From Prolixibacteraceae bacterium (GTDB taxonomy: Bacteria > Bacteroidota > Bacteroidia > Bacteroidales > Prolixibacteraceae), in the NCBI GenBank assembly GCA_035648135.1, contig DASRMB010000052.1, positions 23,334-87,333 on the forward strand: DNA of 64,000 nt, in the 5' to 3' direction. The notes below the pieces were generated by a model. The model did no database searches. It saw nothing but the letters and a program-made list of their open reading frames with translations, and was not told where the DNA came from. The position numbers and the translations under genes are program-made. This document shows positions 40,807 to 50,449 of this stretch, in pieces; the first letter of the stretch is position 1, and every line of letters begins with the position of its first letter.

Positions 40807-42765
40807 TTAAAAAACATCAAATAAATTTCGGGTTTGGTGACCAAAAACTGAAAGTTCCTCCGATTCAGGATTTCGCATCAGCAAAATTGTTTTCGCGATT
40901 TTTCCTTTGGTAATTTTCACTCCAATACCATCAGCCGTGGTTTCCTGCCGGATTTTAATTTTCGAAAGACCATCTGTCTGTGGCATAAAAACGATCACCG
41001 AATGTACCATTCCTTTGCCTTTAAACTGCAAAGTTGCCATTGGTGCCGGTGTACTTTTACCTTTGATACTCACCAATCCTTCAGAAATAGTCAGACGTTC
41101 TATCATTTTTGAGTCTGCAGGAATTACAACCATTGGATTTTCATCAAATACCCGAATTGACTTGCTGGTATCATCCACTGATACCGCAACTGTCGGGAAA
41201 TGAAAAAGCAATTCGTAGTTGTGTTCATCTCCAGACTCAAAGCAATCGTGCAAAACCAGGAACTGATTCTTTACCAATGCCAGGCTCCGACTCCACGATA
41301 CTGAAGAATTAACAGTTTCGTCCGTCGGCGAAACCATACGGCAAAAGGTATATGAATCTTTCTCAATCCAATCTGTAATATGGTTTTCTGTTATTCGTTT
41401 TAGTGCCCACAACCGGTCGGTCGAGGTTGCTTCATCGCTTTTCCCATCCATCAGTACCGTATTGTGCGCCTTGCTTGTACGATACCATTTTACAAGTTGC
41501 GGATCGTCGTAATTACAGCAACCGCTGTCAACCAATATCGCTTGTTCATTGTGCCACAATGTAAAGGCCAGCCGGCCGGCATGGGCATGAGCGCCAATGC
41601 TTTTTGCCGGATTGGCCAATACATACCACTTATTATGCAAATCTGAACCTCGCATTATTGCAATTTGTGTCTCCGGAAAGTACACAGATGATACTGATGG
41701 AATATCAATACGTTTATCAAGTATTTCATTCAGAACCGTCAACGTTGGAATGGTGGTCATTTCATACGAATCGTTTACCGGAGGCATGGTGCCGTCCGGC
41801 TGTGCAACTATTGAAAGGAACAAAGCCATCTTTTCAAGCATTGGTAGAAGGTTGGGAGGCACTTCCATATTGTTTTGTGAACACAGAAGAAAGGTATCAC
41901 GGAAAAGATGCGTTTCAAACGGATAATATCCAAACATCTGTTCCACATTGCCTCCATCGGTATAAAATGCTTTTTCGAGATGGTGCCCAAGAATTTTCAA
42001 AGCTGTTTGCCTTAATTCATCGGACGATTCAAATGTTGGAAATAAAACGCCCAGGTACAACATGGCAAGCGCCCCGTGCGACTGATGATTGAATTCGTTC
42101 AGCGGCTGTTTCCCAAAACCTTCTAAAAGTATGGCTGCATGTTGTTTGAGTGAATTCAGAATAAGATTTTTTTGCTCTTCGGATAAATCTTTTTCTGTAA
42201 GAAAATAGCACCACGACCAGTGTATGGAGCGCCATGCCACCTGCATATCGCGCCAATTGTAATTTTTTGCATGAGAATCAGGAAGCAACGGATTGTTTTC
42301 AATCCAGTCGGCAATCATTCGCATCATGTCATTCAAATACGAAATATCGCCTGAGAGGTAATACATTCGGGCAAACGATGGTAAAAAGTAAAAGCGGTTG
42401 AGCCAGACAGTTTTTTCAAGTTGGCCATCTTCCCGATAGTTCCAGTTGATTGGACTTCCGAAAACCTCTTCGAGTACTCCATTCCTTATTTTTTCGACAA
42501 TTAGCCTATCTTCTTCGGTATTCAGCAATTCCATTTGCACAAACTTGCCGCCCTGATCTTTCGGGATATAGTCGCCAATGTTATAGTTTCTCAGATATTT
42601 GAAAAATGGGAAAATTGCCTCTTCGTTTTTAACCGAACTACCAGCATTGGTGAAATTAAATGATGTTCCTGTCAAGGACCTGCCCAGTGTGGTTCCGCTT
42701 AAAACAATACCTGTACCACCAACCGCCAGCCTTTTCAGAAAAATTCTCCTATCTGAATTCCTCAT
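40807..42765 (-). CDS. Heparinase II/III-family protein with a twin-arginine-type signal
   Basis: 'RRIFLKRLAVGG' RR signal. The C-terminal 'GAHAHAGRLAFTLWHNEQAILVDSG' matches the heparinase II/III-like HxH block. 652 aa. Confidence 0.6.
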   Translation of the reverse strand: MRNSDRRIFLKRLAVGGTGIVLSGTTLGRSLTGTSFNFTNAGSSVKNEEAIFPFFKYLRNYNIGDYIPKDQGGKFVQMELLNTEEDRLIVEKIRNGVLEEVFGSPINWNYREDGQLEKTVWLNRFYFLPSFARMYYLSGDISYLNDMMRMIADWIENNPLLPDSHAKNYNWRDMQVAWRSIHWSWCYFLTEKDLSEEQKNLILNSLKQHAAILLEGFGKQPLNEFNHQSHGALAMLYLGVLFPTFESSDELRQTALKILGHHLEKAFYTDGGNVEQMFGYYPFETHLFRDTFLLCSQNNMEVPPNLLPMLEKMALFLSIVAQPDGTMPPVNDSYEMTTIPTLTVLNEILDKRIDIPSVSSVYFPETQIAIMRGSDLHNKWYVLANPAKSIGAHAHAGRLAFTLWHNEQAILVDSGCCNYDDPQLVKWYRTSKAHNTVLMDGKSDEATSTDRLWALKRITENHITDWIEKDSYTFCRMVSPTDETVNSSVSWSRSLALVKNQFLVLHDCFESGDEHNYELLFHFPTVAVSVDDTSKSIRVFDENPMVVIPADSKMIERLTISEGLVSIKGKSTPAPMATLQFKGKGMVHSVIVFMPQTDGLSKIKIRQETTADGIGVKITKGKIAKTILLMRNPESEELSVFGHQTRNLFDVF

Positions 42766-42787
42766 GCTTTTTAAATTATCGTATTAT

Positions 42788-43555
42788 TTAACTTCCGTAT
42801 GCATCTTTGTCAAAATAAAACCTACAATTTGGATGATTCTTCAAAACAGACGCAGGGCACAAGGTACTTACAGGTCCATTCAGTGTATTATAAACCGCCT
42901 CATGTTTGCTGCTTCCAGGAACAACACAAAAAAGATAATCTGCCCCCATTATGACGGGAATAGTCAATGTCAGAGCTTTTTTTGGTACATCTTCAAGATT
43001 TGCAAAACATCCTTCGTTAACTTGCTGCGCACGGCATGATTTGTCAAGTTTTACTTTTTTTATTATTTGTGGATCATTAAAATCAGCCACCGGCGGATCG
43101 TTAAAAGCAATATGTCCATTCTCTCCAATTCCAAGACAGACAATGTCGATTGGTGCTTCCGTAATTAAGGCCGAATAACTTGCTATTTCTTCCTCTAAAG
43201 AAGAATTTCCATCAATGAGATAAACCTTTTTAAGGTTAACTTTCCCAAACAACCTGTCATTCAAATAAACAGAGAATAACTGAGATGCTGAATTATCTAA
43301 GCCGATGTATTCATCCATGTGAAATGCTGTAATCCTGTTCCATTCTATTTTACCAGAATTGGCAAGGTATGAAAGCACCTCATTTTGAGAAGGAGCTGCA
43401 GCAAATATCATCCGGATTTCCGGCTTAAATTGTAGTAATTCGATTATCTTATTTTCGATATCCTTCCCTGCTGATTCACCCATCTCTTCACGTGAGGGAA
43501 AGACATTAACATCGAGTTTTTTTATGTTGCGTACTTTCATGTTTTTTATTTTCAT
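42788..43555 (-). CDS. nagB: Glucosamine-6-phosphate deaminase
   Basis: 'RMIFAAAPSQNEVLSYL...FHMDEYIGL' corresponds to the NagB active-site region. 255 aa. Confidence 0.8.
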   Translation of the reverse strand: MKIKNMKVRNIKKLDVNVFPSREEMGESAGKDIENKIIELLQFKPEIRMIFAAAPSQNEVLSYLANSGKIEWNRITAFHMDEYIGLDNSASQLFSVYLNDRLFGKVNLKKVYLIDGNSSLEEEIASYSALITEAPIDIVCLGIGENGHIAFNDPPVADFNDPQIIKKVKLDKSCRAQQVNEGCFANLEDVPKKALTLTIPVIMGADYLFCVVPGSSKHEAVYNTLNGPVSTLCPASVLKNHPNCRFYFDKDAYGS

Positions 43556-43762
43556 ATTTATAGAATATTATCCAACTCGCCAGCATCTATTCTACTCATA
43601 GCTGGATAAGATTCGAAGAAACTGTTCAACTTTCGTATTCCCATGATTTTTCCGGTCACCCCGGGAACATCAGTTCACTGAGGATAATACACATTAAAAA
43701 TCAGAATAATTCCCCCACTATTAATGCTTTCAGAATAGTGGGGCGAATTATTTTAATAACTA

Positions 43763-45244
43763 TTATTGGACTTTTACAGTGAAATTAAAGGGATCAATAC
43801 TTCCGCCGTCACGGTCTTTGACAGATAATGAGAAACTATCGCCCGAATTATCAGCTCCGGAATGTATGTACACGATGTTCTTGACATCAATATCAAGTTG
43901 TGTAAATTTACTGCCAGCTTTCAAAATAGTGGAACCCATTACAAGCCAACCTTTCGAAGGTATAGATTCGATTTTATAGACAATATCAGTATGGGCAGCA
44001 CCTGCCATTTCCAACATGCTTTTTGAAAGAACAGCAAGACCTCCTTTGGAAACTGTCAATCCGGTGTTTGTTCCCATTGCAAGGGTACTGTTTCCTGATG
44101 AAAATACAGCGACCAACATTGGTGGGTAAGAATAAGTTGAATTTTCTTTTGAAACAAACATTATACCATCATTAGTGCCATGCTCGGCATCAATCAGAAT
44201 TGATACTTTTCCGGGCGATGCTAATTTTGATGATAAATAATCTGTACAATTCAAGGTAAATAGACCAAAGCTAAGATAGGTAATTGGGGTTGATACAGTA
44301 GATGAAAAAACCCCTGTATCGGGCGACGGCATATTGTTCCATGTAATACCACTTTCAGCCCACGTAATATCCTGAACATTATACAAATTAATATTTGCTC
44401 CTTTTCCTGCTGCATAATATGCACCAAGATTTAAATGAGCTTCTCTAAGAATTCCGCTTGTTGTTATCTCACTTAAGTCGAACATCAGAAAGACTTTCCT
44501 GTCATTAATACTAGAACCAATATCACCTCTTAATGTAAGATCATCTGCAGCTCCAAAGTTATTATCTACAAATGTACCAGCTCTGACATAAGTATCTTGA
44601 ATGGCATATATTGTATCCGATTCCAAGGTTGGATTCGGAACATCTGTACTTCCGGTTACTGCAGAATAATAAACGATGGCCGACGAAATGTTGATTGCTC
44701 CGTTAGTAGCTTCGAGGTTCGACGTTATAATGGTCCAACTTTTATTGGTTCCCTGATTGATCAGACCATTGTAATTGTTATTATGTGAAAGATACATCAC
44801 CTGGCCATTTTCGGTATCATATGCTATTGGATTATCACGTAACGATAAAGCAGGATCTGAAAATAAAACCTTTGCTTTAACAATATGGTACAATAACACA
44901 TTTTTTAGTATTGGAACAGGAATATCTGAAAGTCCATTGTATTTATTTGTTTTCAGATAATCTCTGAACGCGCTATTCCGGGGGATAATAAAAGTATATT
45001 CCGCCGAACCGGAAAAATAATCCTGCATGCCTGCAGCCGTAATAGCTGCTTCCATTAATGACAAAGAATCTGTTTGCTGGATATATTCCCAGGCTGTCAC
45101 ATTAAGTTTACCTCCCGGGTTGCTATACTCATATTTATAGTCCGGCTGAATTTCACATTTAGCAAGCAAAATGATCAGGAAAGATGAAATCATCAGCATT
45201 TTTATGAAATGCCATCTTTTGATAAATATTTTAATTTCTTTCAT
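43763..45244 (-). CDS. Fasciclin (FAS1) domain lipoprotein. Putative surface glycan-binding protein downstream of SusD
   Basis: Lipobox 'LAKC'. FAS1-like 'TFIIPRNSAFRDYL' block. Beta-rich C-terminal region. Sits in the SusE/F-like slot. Confidence 0.5.
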   Translation of the reverse strand: MKEIKIFIKRWHFIKMLMISSFLIILLAKCEIQPDYKYEYSNPGGKLNVTAWEYIQQTDSLSLMEAAITAAGMQDYFSGSAEYTFIIPRNSAFRDYLKTNKYNGLSDIPVPILKNVLLYHIVKAKVLFSDPALSLRDNPIAYDTENGQVMYLSHNNNYNGLINQGTNKSWTIITSNLEATNGAINISSAIVYYSAVTGSTDVPNPTLESDTIYAIQDTYVRAGTFVDNNFGAADDLTLRGDIGSSINDRKVFLMFDLSEITTSGILREAHLNLGAYYAAGKGANINLYNVQDITWAESGITWNNMPSPDTGVFSSTVSTPITYLSFGLFTLNCTDYLSSKLASPGKVSILIDAEHGTNDGIMFVSKENSTYSYPPMLVAVFSSGNSTLAMGTNTGLTVSKGGLAVLSKSMLEMAGAAHTDIVYKIESIPSKGWLVMGSTILKAGSKFTQLDIDVKNIVYIHSGADNSGDSFSLSVKDRDGGSIDPFNFTVKVQ

Positions 45245-45282
45245 AGTTAAATATTTTGTAATGTCTATTAACATATAATCAG

Positions 45283-46671
45283 CTATTTATAATACTCGTT
45301 TTGCTCCATATTGGGATTTTTATTCATAACGTTAACCGAAATAGGCCAAACAAGGTTACGTTCGTCGCTTAATCCATTCACAGGTCCCATAGTTGAGATA
45401 GCTCTTCCTGTCCTGACAAGGTCGAACCAACGTTGTCCTTCAAAGCACAGTTCGATTGACCTTTCATGTAATATGGCAGATTCCAGGTCGCCATATTTAG
45501 AAATTGCTTCTGCTTCATTTGTAAATGCAGCTAAACCCGCTCTGGTTCTGATTGAATTTAATAAACTCAACGCCTCAGCTTTGTTGGCAGCGCCTCCTAC
45601 ATAATTCAGAGCTTCTGCCCTTACTAGCATAATATCAGCCAGTCGTATAAGAACAATATTTTGTTGCGAAGGAGTAGAAACTTCATCACTTATGCCTTTG
45701 CCCAGGTATTTCCATATGGCTTTAGGGTCGGTAAGCGTAACGTCATACACATAGTCGATGCGCTGGTCTCCTGTTTCATAAGATGACTTAAATTTTCCGG
45801 ATGGGGTAAATATCGCATAAGACCCGACTGCATAAAGTGTCCTCAATGAGTTTGTCTCAGTCTCATTATACCCAACTTCAAAGATGCTCTCTTTTGAATA
45901 GCCATCTGTAAATATTTTGCCCCAGTCATCCATTGTTGTAACCAGTGAATAGAGACTGTTATTCATCACAAGTGCTGAAGTTGTAATTGCTTCGCTGTAT
46001 TTCTTCCGCCACATATAAACCTGTGTCAGCAAAGCGTTTGCTGATCCCTGTGTGAACATGATCCTGTCGTTGTTGCTGTTAAATTTAACAGTGCAGTTGG
46101 CAACAGCATAATTAAGGTCTTCTTCAATTTGGTCAAGAACCAGTTCCTTATCTGTTTTTTTAACAAATATATCTTGCGCAATGGAGGTATAAGGCTCAGT
46201 TATTAGAGGCACATCGCCCCAAACCCTCACCAGGTAGAAATAAGCCAATGCCCTCAAAGCACGAGCCTGCCCGATAAGTTGTTTACCTGCGGCATCGCCT
46301 TCAGCATAAACATCAGGAATATATTTAATGGCATAATTTGCCCTGCTGATCATGGTATAGAGATTAGACCAGTTGGCCGAACTTGCCAATTCATTCAGGT
46401 TATTCTGGGTTAGTATCAATCCTTCACCCGATTGGGCAGTCTGGACATTATCAGCCCTTCCTTCCCCCCAATAAGCGAAATTTATCCTGAAAGCAGATTG
46501 TGCAGCGTCATAAATGCCATAAATACCTGCCTGAGCATCGCTTGATGTTTTATAAAAACCTTCTGCCGAAAAACTGCTGACCGGGGTTTTATCCAGTATG
46601 TCATCTGTACATGAAGTTCCCAGGAACAGCATTCCAACTATAATTACTGATTTGATATTTTTTATTTTCAT
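45283..46671 (-). CDS. susD: SusD/RagB-family outer-membrane nutrient-binding lipoprotein
   Basis: Lipobox 'LGTSC'. TPR-like SusD blocks ('WGEGRADN', 'RALRALAYFYLVRVWGDVPL'). Follows the SusC gene with an 11-bp gap. Confidence 0.85.
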   Translation of the reverse strand: MKIKNIKSVIIVGMLFLGTSCTDDILDKTPVSSFSAEGFYKTSSDAQAGIYGIYDAAQSAFRINFAYWGEGRADNVQTAQSGEGLILTQNNLNELASSANWSNLYTMISRANYAIKYIPDVYAEGDAAGKQLIGQARALRALAYFYLVRVWGDVPLITEPYTSIAQDIFVKKTDKELVLDQIEEDLNYAVANCTVKFNSNNDRIMFTQGSANALLTQVYMWRKKYSEAITTSALVMNNSLYSLVTTMDDWGKIFTDGYSKESIFEVGYNETETNSLRTLYAVGSYAIFTPSGKFKSSYETGDQRIDYVYDVTLTDPKAIWKYLGKGISDEVSTPSQQNIVLIRLADIMLVRAEALNYVGGAANKAEALSLLNSIRTRAGLAAFTNEAEAISKYGDLESAILHERSIELCFEGQRWFDLVRTGRAISTMGPVNGLSDERNLVWPISVNVMNKNPNMEQNEYYK

Positions 46672-46682
46672 TTTGCCTGGTA

Positions 46683-49600
46683 TTAAAATTCAACATTTAA
46701 TCCAAAAATATAAGTGCGGCTTTGTGGGTATGATCCATCGTCCACTCCTAATTGCAGTCCGCTATAGGAGCTAACTTCAGGGTCATATCCGGTATAGTGA
46801 GTCCAGGTAATCAGGTTCTCTCCTGTTACATAAAATTTTAAGCCACTTATTTTAAGCCTGCTGACAATACTTGAAGGAACATTATATGATAAGCTCACAT
46901 TTTTCAGCCTGAGGTAAGAACCATCTTCAACCCAACGATCGGATACCCTGTTGTATTCGTTTCCTAAAGGGTCGTTTCGGATAGGTCTCGGGAAAGTGGT
47001 AACATCACCCTGTTTCCTCCATCTGTTCAAAGCATCAGTTGATACATTGTTGTATGCAAAAACCCAGTTCCTCATCATGTTAAGGTTACTGTAAATATCA
47101 TTTCCGTAAGAAAACTGAAAAAAGACGTTCAGGGAAAAATTCTTATACGAAAAATCATTATTAAACCCTCCCGTAAACTTCGGCTGCGCATTGCCTATGA
47201 TTTGTTTATCATTTGCATCAATAATATAATCACCGTTCACATCATCCCAAATAGGGTCTCCTCCTCTGAATACTTTACCATTGGATGAACCATTCTTTAC
47301 CTGGTTAATATTATCCTCATCGCGGGAATAAACACCTAAGAATTTATAACCATAGAAAGTACCTATCGATTCACCTTCTTTTAGGATATGGTAAGTACCA
47401 TTTTGAATAAATCCGTCGGTGAGGACTTCTTCCGGCAGGTCTATGATCTTGTTTCTGTTGAGACCGATATTAAAACTGGTATTCCATTGGAATTTACCGG
47501 TAAGGTTGAAGGTAGTTAAAGAAAGCTCGAGCCCTTTATTCTGGATTTTCCCAATGTTCTGAGTGATGTATCCAAAACCGGTAGTTTCTGGTATTGGGAC
47601 AGCAAACAACAAATCTGTAGTGTTTTTTATATACGCATCACCATTTAGAGTAACTCTGTTGTTAAATAATGTAAGGTCGATACCAACATTGTATTGTGTT
47701 GATGTTTCCCAGGTAAGTCTTGAATTAGGCATGACTGTAGGGGCGGCGCCAGAGTTCGTGAGGTAATTGGTTCCAATAGCAAATTCCCCCTGTGACGTAT
47801 AATCCCCGATTGCTTCGTTACCGGTCTGTCCGGCACTAAGTCTTAATTTACCGTCATTCAGGAATTGAGACCCTTTCATAAAAGATTCATCGGAAAACCG
47901 CCACGCTGCAGATGCTGAAGGGAAATAACCAAACCGCTTGTCTTGTCCGAACCTGGAAGAACCGTCAGCTCTTATGTTTGCCTGAAACAGGTATTTACTT
48001 TTATAGTCATAAGTTAGCCTTCCAAAATAGGAAGCCAGACTATGTTCCACTGTCGTATTAACTGCCTGATTTGATATAGTACCTGCACCATTTAGTGTTG
48101 TAATATTATCGCTCGCAAAATACATACCGTCTAAGCCGGTAGTCTCCAGTTTCCATGCCTGTTGGCTAAATCCTGCCAGTGCAGAAAAATGGTGAATATC
48201 ATTAAAAGTTTTGTCATAGGTCAGGTAGTTTTCGTTTGCCCATGTCAGGTTGCTTGTGGCCCTAACTTTCCCTGAATTATACCCGGCACGGTAATCTACT
48301 GTTGTCGGAAAAAATTCATCCTCTTTCATCGAGATATAGTCAAGACTAACATTGGTTTTAAATTTCAACCCATCAATAATTTGGTATTCCAGGTATTGGT
48401 TGCCTATTAACCTGTTTGTCGTATTCAGGTGGGTAACTTCCTCAGCCAGTCCAACAGGATTTCTTTTACCATTAAAATAATAGATCGGTGATCCATCCGG
48501 ATATGTTAGTGAATAAGTCGGAGGCCTGACCAGAATGGATTGCACCAGACTGTTGTTTCCTGTCCCTCCGGCATTGATCCGGTTATTAAGCCCATGTGTA
48601 AAAGAAAAACTATAGCCAATTTTCATTTTACTGGAAACTGTAAAATCCGTATTTAACCTGGAGGTAATCCTTTTGTAGTTAGATGCCAGGAAAATACCAT
48701 CCTGGTCCAATACCGATGTACTGAATGCATATTTGGTACCTTCCGTCCCTCCTATGACTGAAAAATCCAATTGTCTTTGCTGGGCAGTTCGGTACATCAC
48801 GCTTTGCCAATCGACATCACCGCTATTCATCGGATTGAGTGAGTCAATCGCAGTCCAGTGAGGTTCACTAGGTGTAGTTGCATTATTGTATGCATCCAGA
48901 TTAGTATATGTGTCAATAATAATCGACCTCCATTGCGATGCATTCAACACACTCAGCTGACGTGTTATTTTACTTATCCCTGTGTAAACATTGATACTAA
49001 TTTTAGCTTTCCCTGATTTTCCACGCTTAGTAGTAATAAGTATTACACCGTTAGCTGCCCTTGAACCATAGATTGAAGTTGATGCAGCATCTTTTAAGAC
49101 TTCAACAGATTCAATATCTGCGGGGTTAATATCGGATAATGGGTTTAACCCATGCGACTCATATCCGTTGAGCTGAGAAAGAGATGTTGTTTCAACCGGG
49201 ACTCCGTCAATTACATAAAGCGGACCATTCCCTGAATTTAAAGACGACTGACCCCTTACAGTTACTGAAACTCCATCACCCGGAGCGCCTGAATTTGAGA
49301 CAACTTGCACACCCGATGCCCTTCCCTGAAGTGCAGACAAAACATCTTTAACCGGTGTATTTTCAATAGCTCCGAAATTGACCGAGGCAATTGATCCGGT
49401 AATATCCCTCTTTTTTTGATTCCCGTAACCAACAGCTACGACTTCATCGAGTTCCAATACCTGTTTTTCCAGTTGAACATCAATCATACTGCTATTTTCC
49501 ACTTTTCTCTCCTGAGCTTTATAACCTACAAATGAAAATACAAGTATGGCATCAGAGGATGGAACATCAATAGAGTATTTCCCATTGGAATCTGACAATA

Positions 49601-49820
49601 CTCCAATAGTTGTTCCTTTAATAGTGATATAAACACCAGGAATAGTTTCCCCGTTATCTACATCCGTTATTATCCCAACAATCCGGCCTTGCTGACTACT
49701 TGCAGCATAAGTACCTGTAGAAATGCTAATTGCAACCAAAACCAACAACAAAACAATCAGCTTTATTGTCAAAAATGGCTTCCCCGGTGTAAAAACATCA
49801 ATGAAATGATTTTTTTTCAT
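46683..49820 (-). CDS. susC: SusC/RagA-family TonB-dependent outer-membrane transporter
   Basis: Carboxypeptidase-regulatory-like N-terminal domain ('GRIVGIITDVDNGETIPGVYI'), TonB plug, and a C-terminal beta-barrel ending in an aromatic residue. Start taken at MKKNHF (ATG 49820). The ORF track's 49880 extension is not supported. Confidence 0.85.
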   Translation of the reverse strand: MKKNHFIDVFTPGKPFLTIKLIVLLLVLVAISISTGTYAASSQQGRIVGIITDVDNGETIPGVYITIKGTTIGVLSDSNGKYSIDVPSSDAILVFSFVGYKAQERKVENSSMIDVQLEKQVLELDEVVAVGYGNQKKRDITGSIASVNFGAIENTPVKDVLSALQGRASGVQVVSNSGAPGDGVSVTVRGQSSLNSGNGPLYVIDGVPVETTSLSQLNGYESHGLNPLSDINPADIESVEVLKDAASTSIYGSRAANGVILITTKRGKSGKAKISINVYTGISKITRQLSVLNASQWRSIIIDTYTNLDAYNNATTPSEPHWTAIDSLNPMNSGDVDWQSVMYRTAQQRQLDFSVIGGTEGTKYAFSTSVLDQDGIFLASNYKRITSRLNTDFTVSSKMKIGYSFSFTHGLNNRINAGGTGNNSLVQSILVRPPTYSLTYPDGSPIYYFNGKRNPVGLAEEVTHLNTTNRLIGNQYLEYQIIDGLKFKTNVSLDYISMKEDEFFPTTVDYRAGYNSGKVRATSNLTWANENYLTYDKTFNDIHHFSALAGFSQQAWKLETTGLDGMYFASDNITTLNGAGTISNQAVNTTVEHSLASYFGRLTYDYKSKYLFQANIRADGSSRFGQDKRFGYFPSASAAWRFSDESFMKGSQFLNDGKLRLSAGQTGNEAIGDYTSQGEFAIGTNYLTNSGAAPTVMPNSRLTWETSTQYNVGIDLTLFNNRVTLNGDAYIKNTTDLLFAVPIPETTGFGYITQNIGKIQNKGLELSLTTFNLTGKFQWNTSFNIGLNRNKIIDLPEEVLTDGFIQNGTYHILKEGESIGTFYGYKFLGVYSRDEDNINQVKNGSSNGKVFRGGDPIWDDVNGDYIIDANDKQIIGNAQPKFTGGFNNDFSYKNFSLNVFFQFSYGNDIYSNLNMMRNWVFAYNNVSTDALNRWRKQGDVTTFPRPIRNDPLGNEYNRVSDRWVEDGSYLRLKNVSLSYNVPSSIVSRLKISGLKFYVTGENLITWTHYTGYDPEVSSYSGLQLGVDDGSYPQSRTYIFGLNVEF

Positions 49821-50238
49821 AATTTTGAAATTGTTAGAGTTTATAAGGCATTCTAATGAAGCCCGGATCAGGGATCTCACTACATTTCCCGGTCCGGGTA
49901 TTTTTTCAGTTCTATTTTATCATAAATGAAGATTTAAATAAAAAATGATTACTGGATCATAAAAAAACTACATGGAATTATAAATAGTATCTAATAAAGT
50001 CAACACCCGTATTGCAATTTCTTATCGTATGTATGAATCTTAAGAGCTTAAATTTCAACTAGTATCGTGTCAACGAACTCTTGTCGCATCGTCATGCTGA
50101 ACTTGTTTCAGCATCTCTTCGCTAATGAGACCCTGAAACAAGTTCAGGGTGAGCTGCCATACAATATAAAGTTGACTTGTTATTAAATTTGCATCTGTAT
50201 TTTTAATCAGTTAAACAAACATAAATCAATTTTTAAAA

Positions 50239-50254
50239 TTAAACAAACGTTTGC
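50239..50254. promoter_or_regulatory. Candidate LacI-family operator, copy 1: TTAAACAAACGTTTGC
   Basis: Perfect 10-bp palindrome CAAACGTTTG with central CG, within a 16-mer repeated exactly at 50418. Followed by a -7-like TACTTTTG at 50261-50268. Confidence 0.45.
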
Positions 50255-50417
50255 GTAAATACTTTTGTATTTAAATAGTTACGCGAAGATTTATCCAGAT
50301 AATGTTGTATTTTTGAACTGCAACAATAAGTTATAAAACGTTTATATCTTATTGTATATTTGTAATATAGATGAAAGCAAATGACAAATATATCCCTGAC
50401 AATCACTTTCTATTAAT

Positions 50418-50433
50418 TTAAACAAACGTTTGC
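50418..50433. promoter_or_regulatory. Candidate LacI-family operator, copy 2: TTAAACAAACGTTTGC
   Basis: Identical 16-mer located 17 bp upstream of the lacI-family ATG and downstream of a TATATTTG -7 motif at 50355-50362. Confidence 0.45.
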
Positions 50434-50449
50434 AAAAACGAAGCATACA

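Noticed and set aside
33085-45604. Numerous 60-160 aa plus-strand ORFs across the minus-strand polysaccharide utilization locus
   Set aside because: All are antisense to long, motif-supported glycoside hydrolase or transporter genes.
46683-49880. SusC start at 49880 (MRSLIRASLECLINSNNFKI...)
   Set aside because: The hydrophobic signal peptide begins after MKKNHF. The upstream 20 codons overlap a GC hairpin and look like leader, not protein.
49860-49905. Hairpin CCCGGA...TCCGGG plus T-run just upstream of susC
   Set aside because: It lies on the plus strand opposite to susC, and no plus-strand gene ends there. It may be a leader structure, but the evidence is insufficient to call it a terminator.
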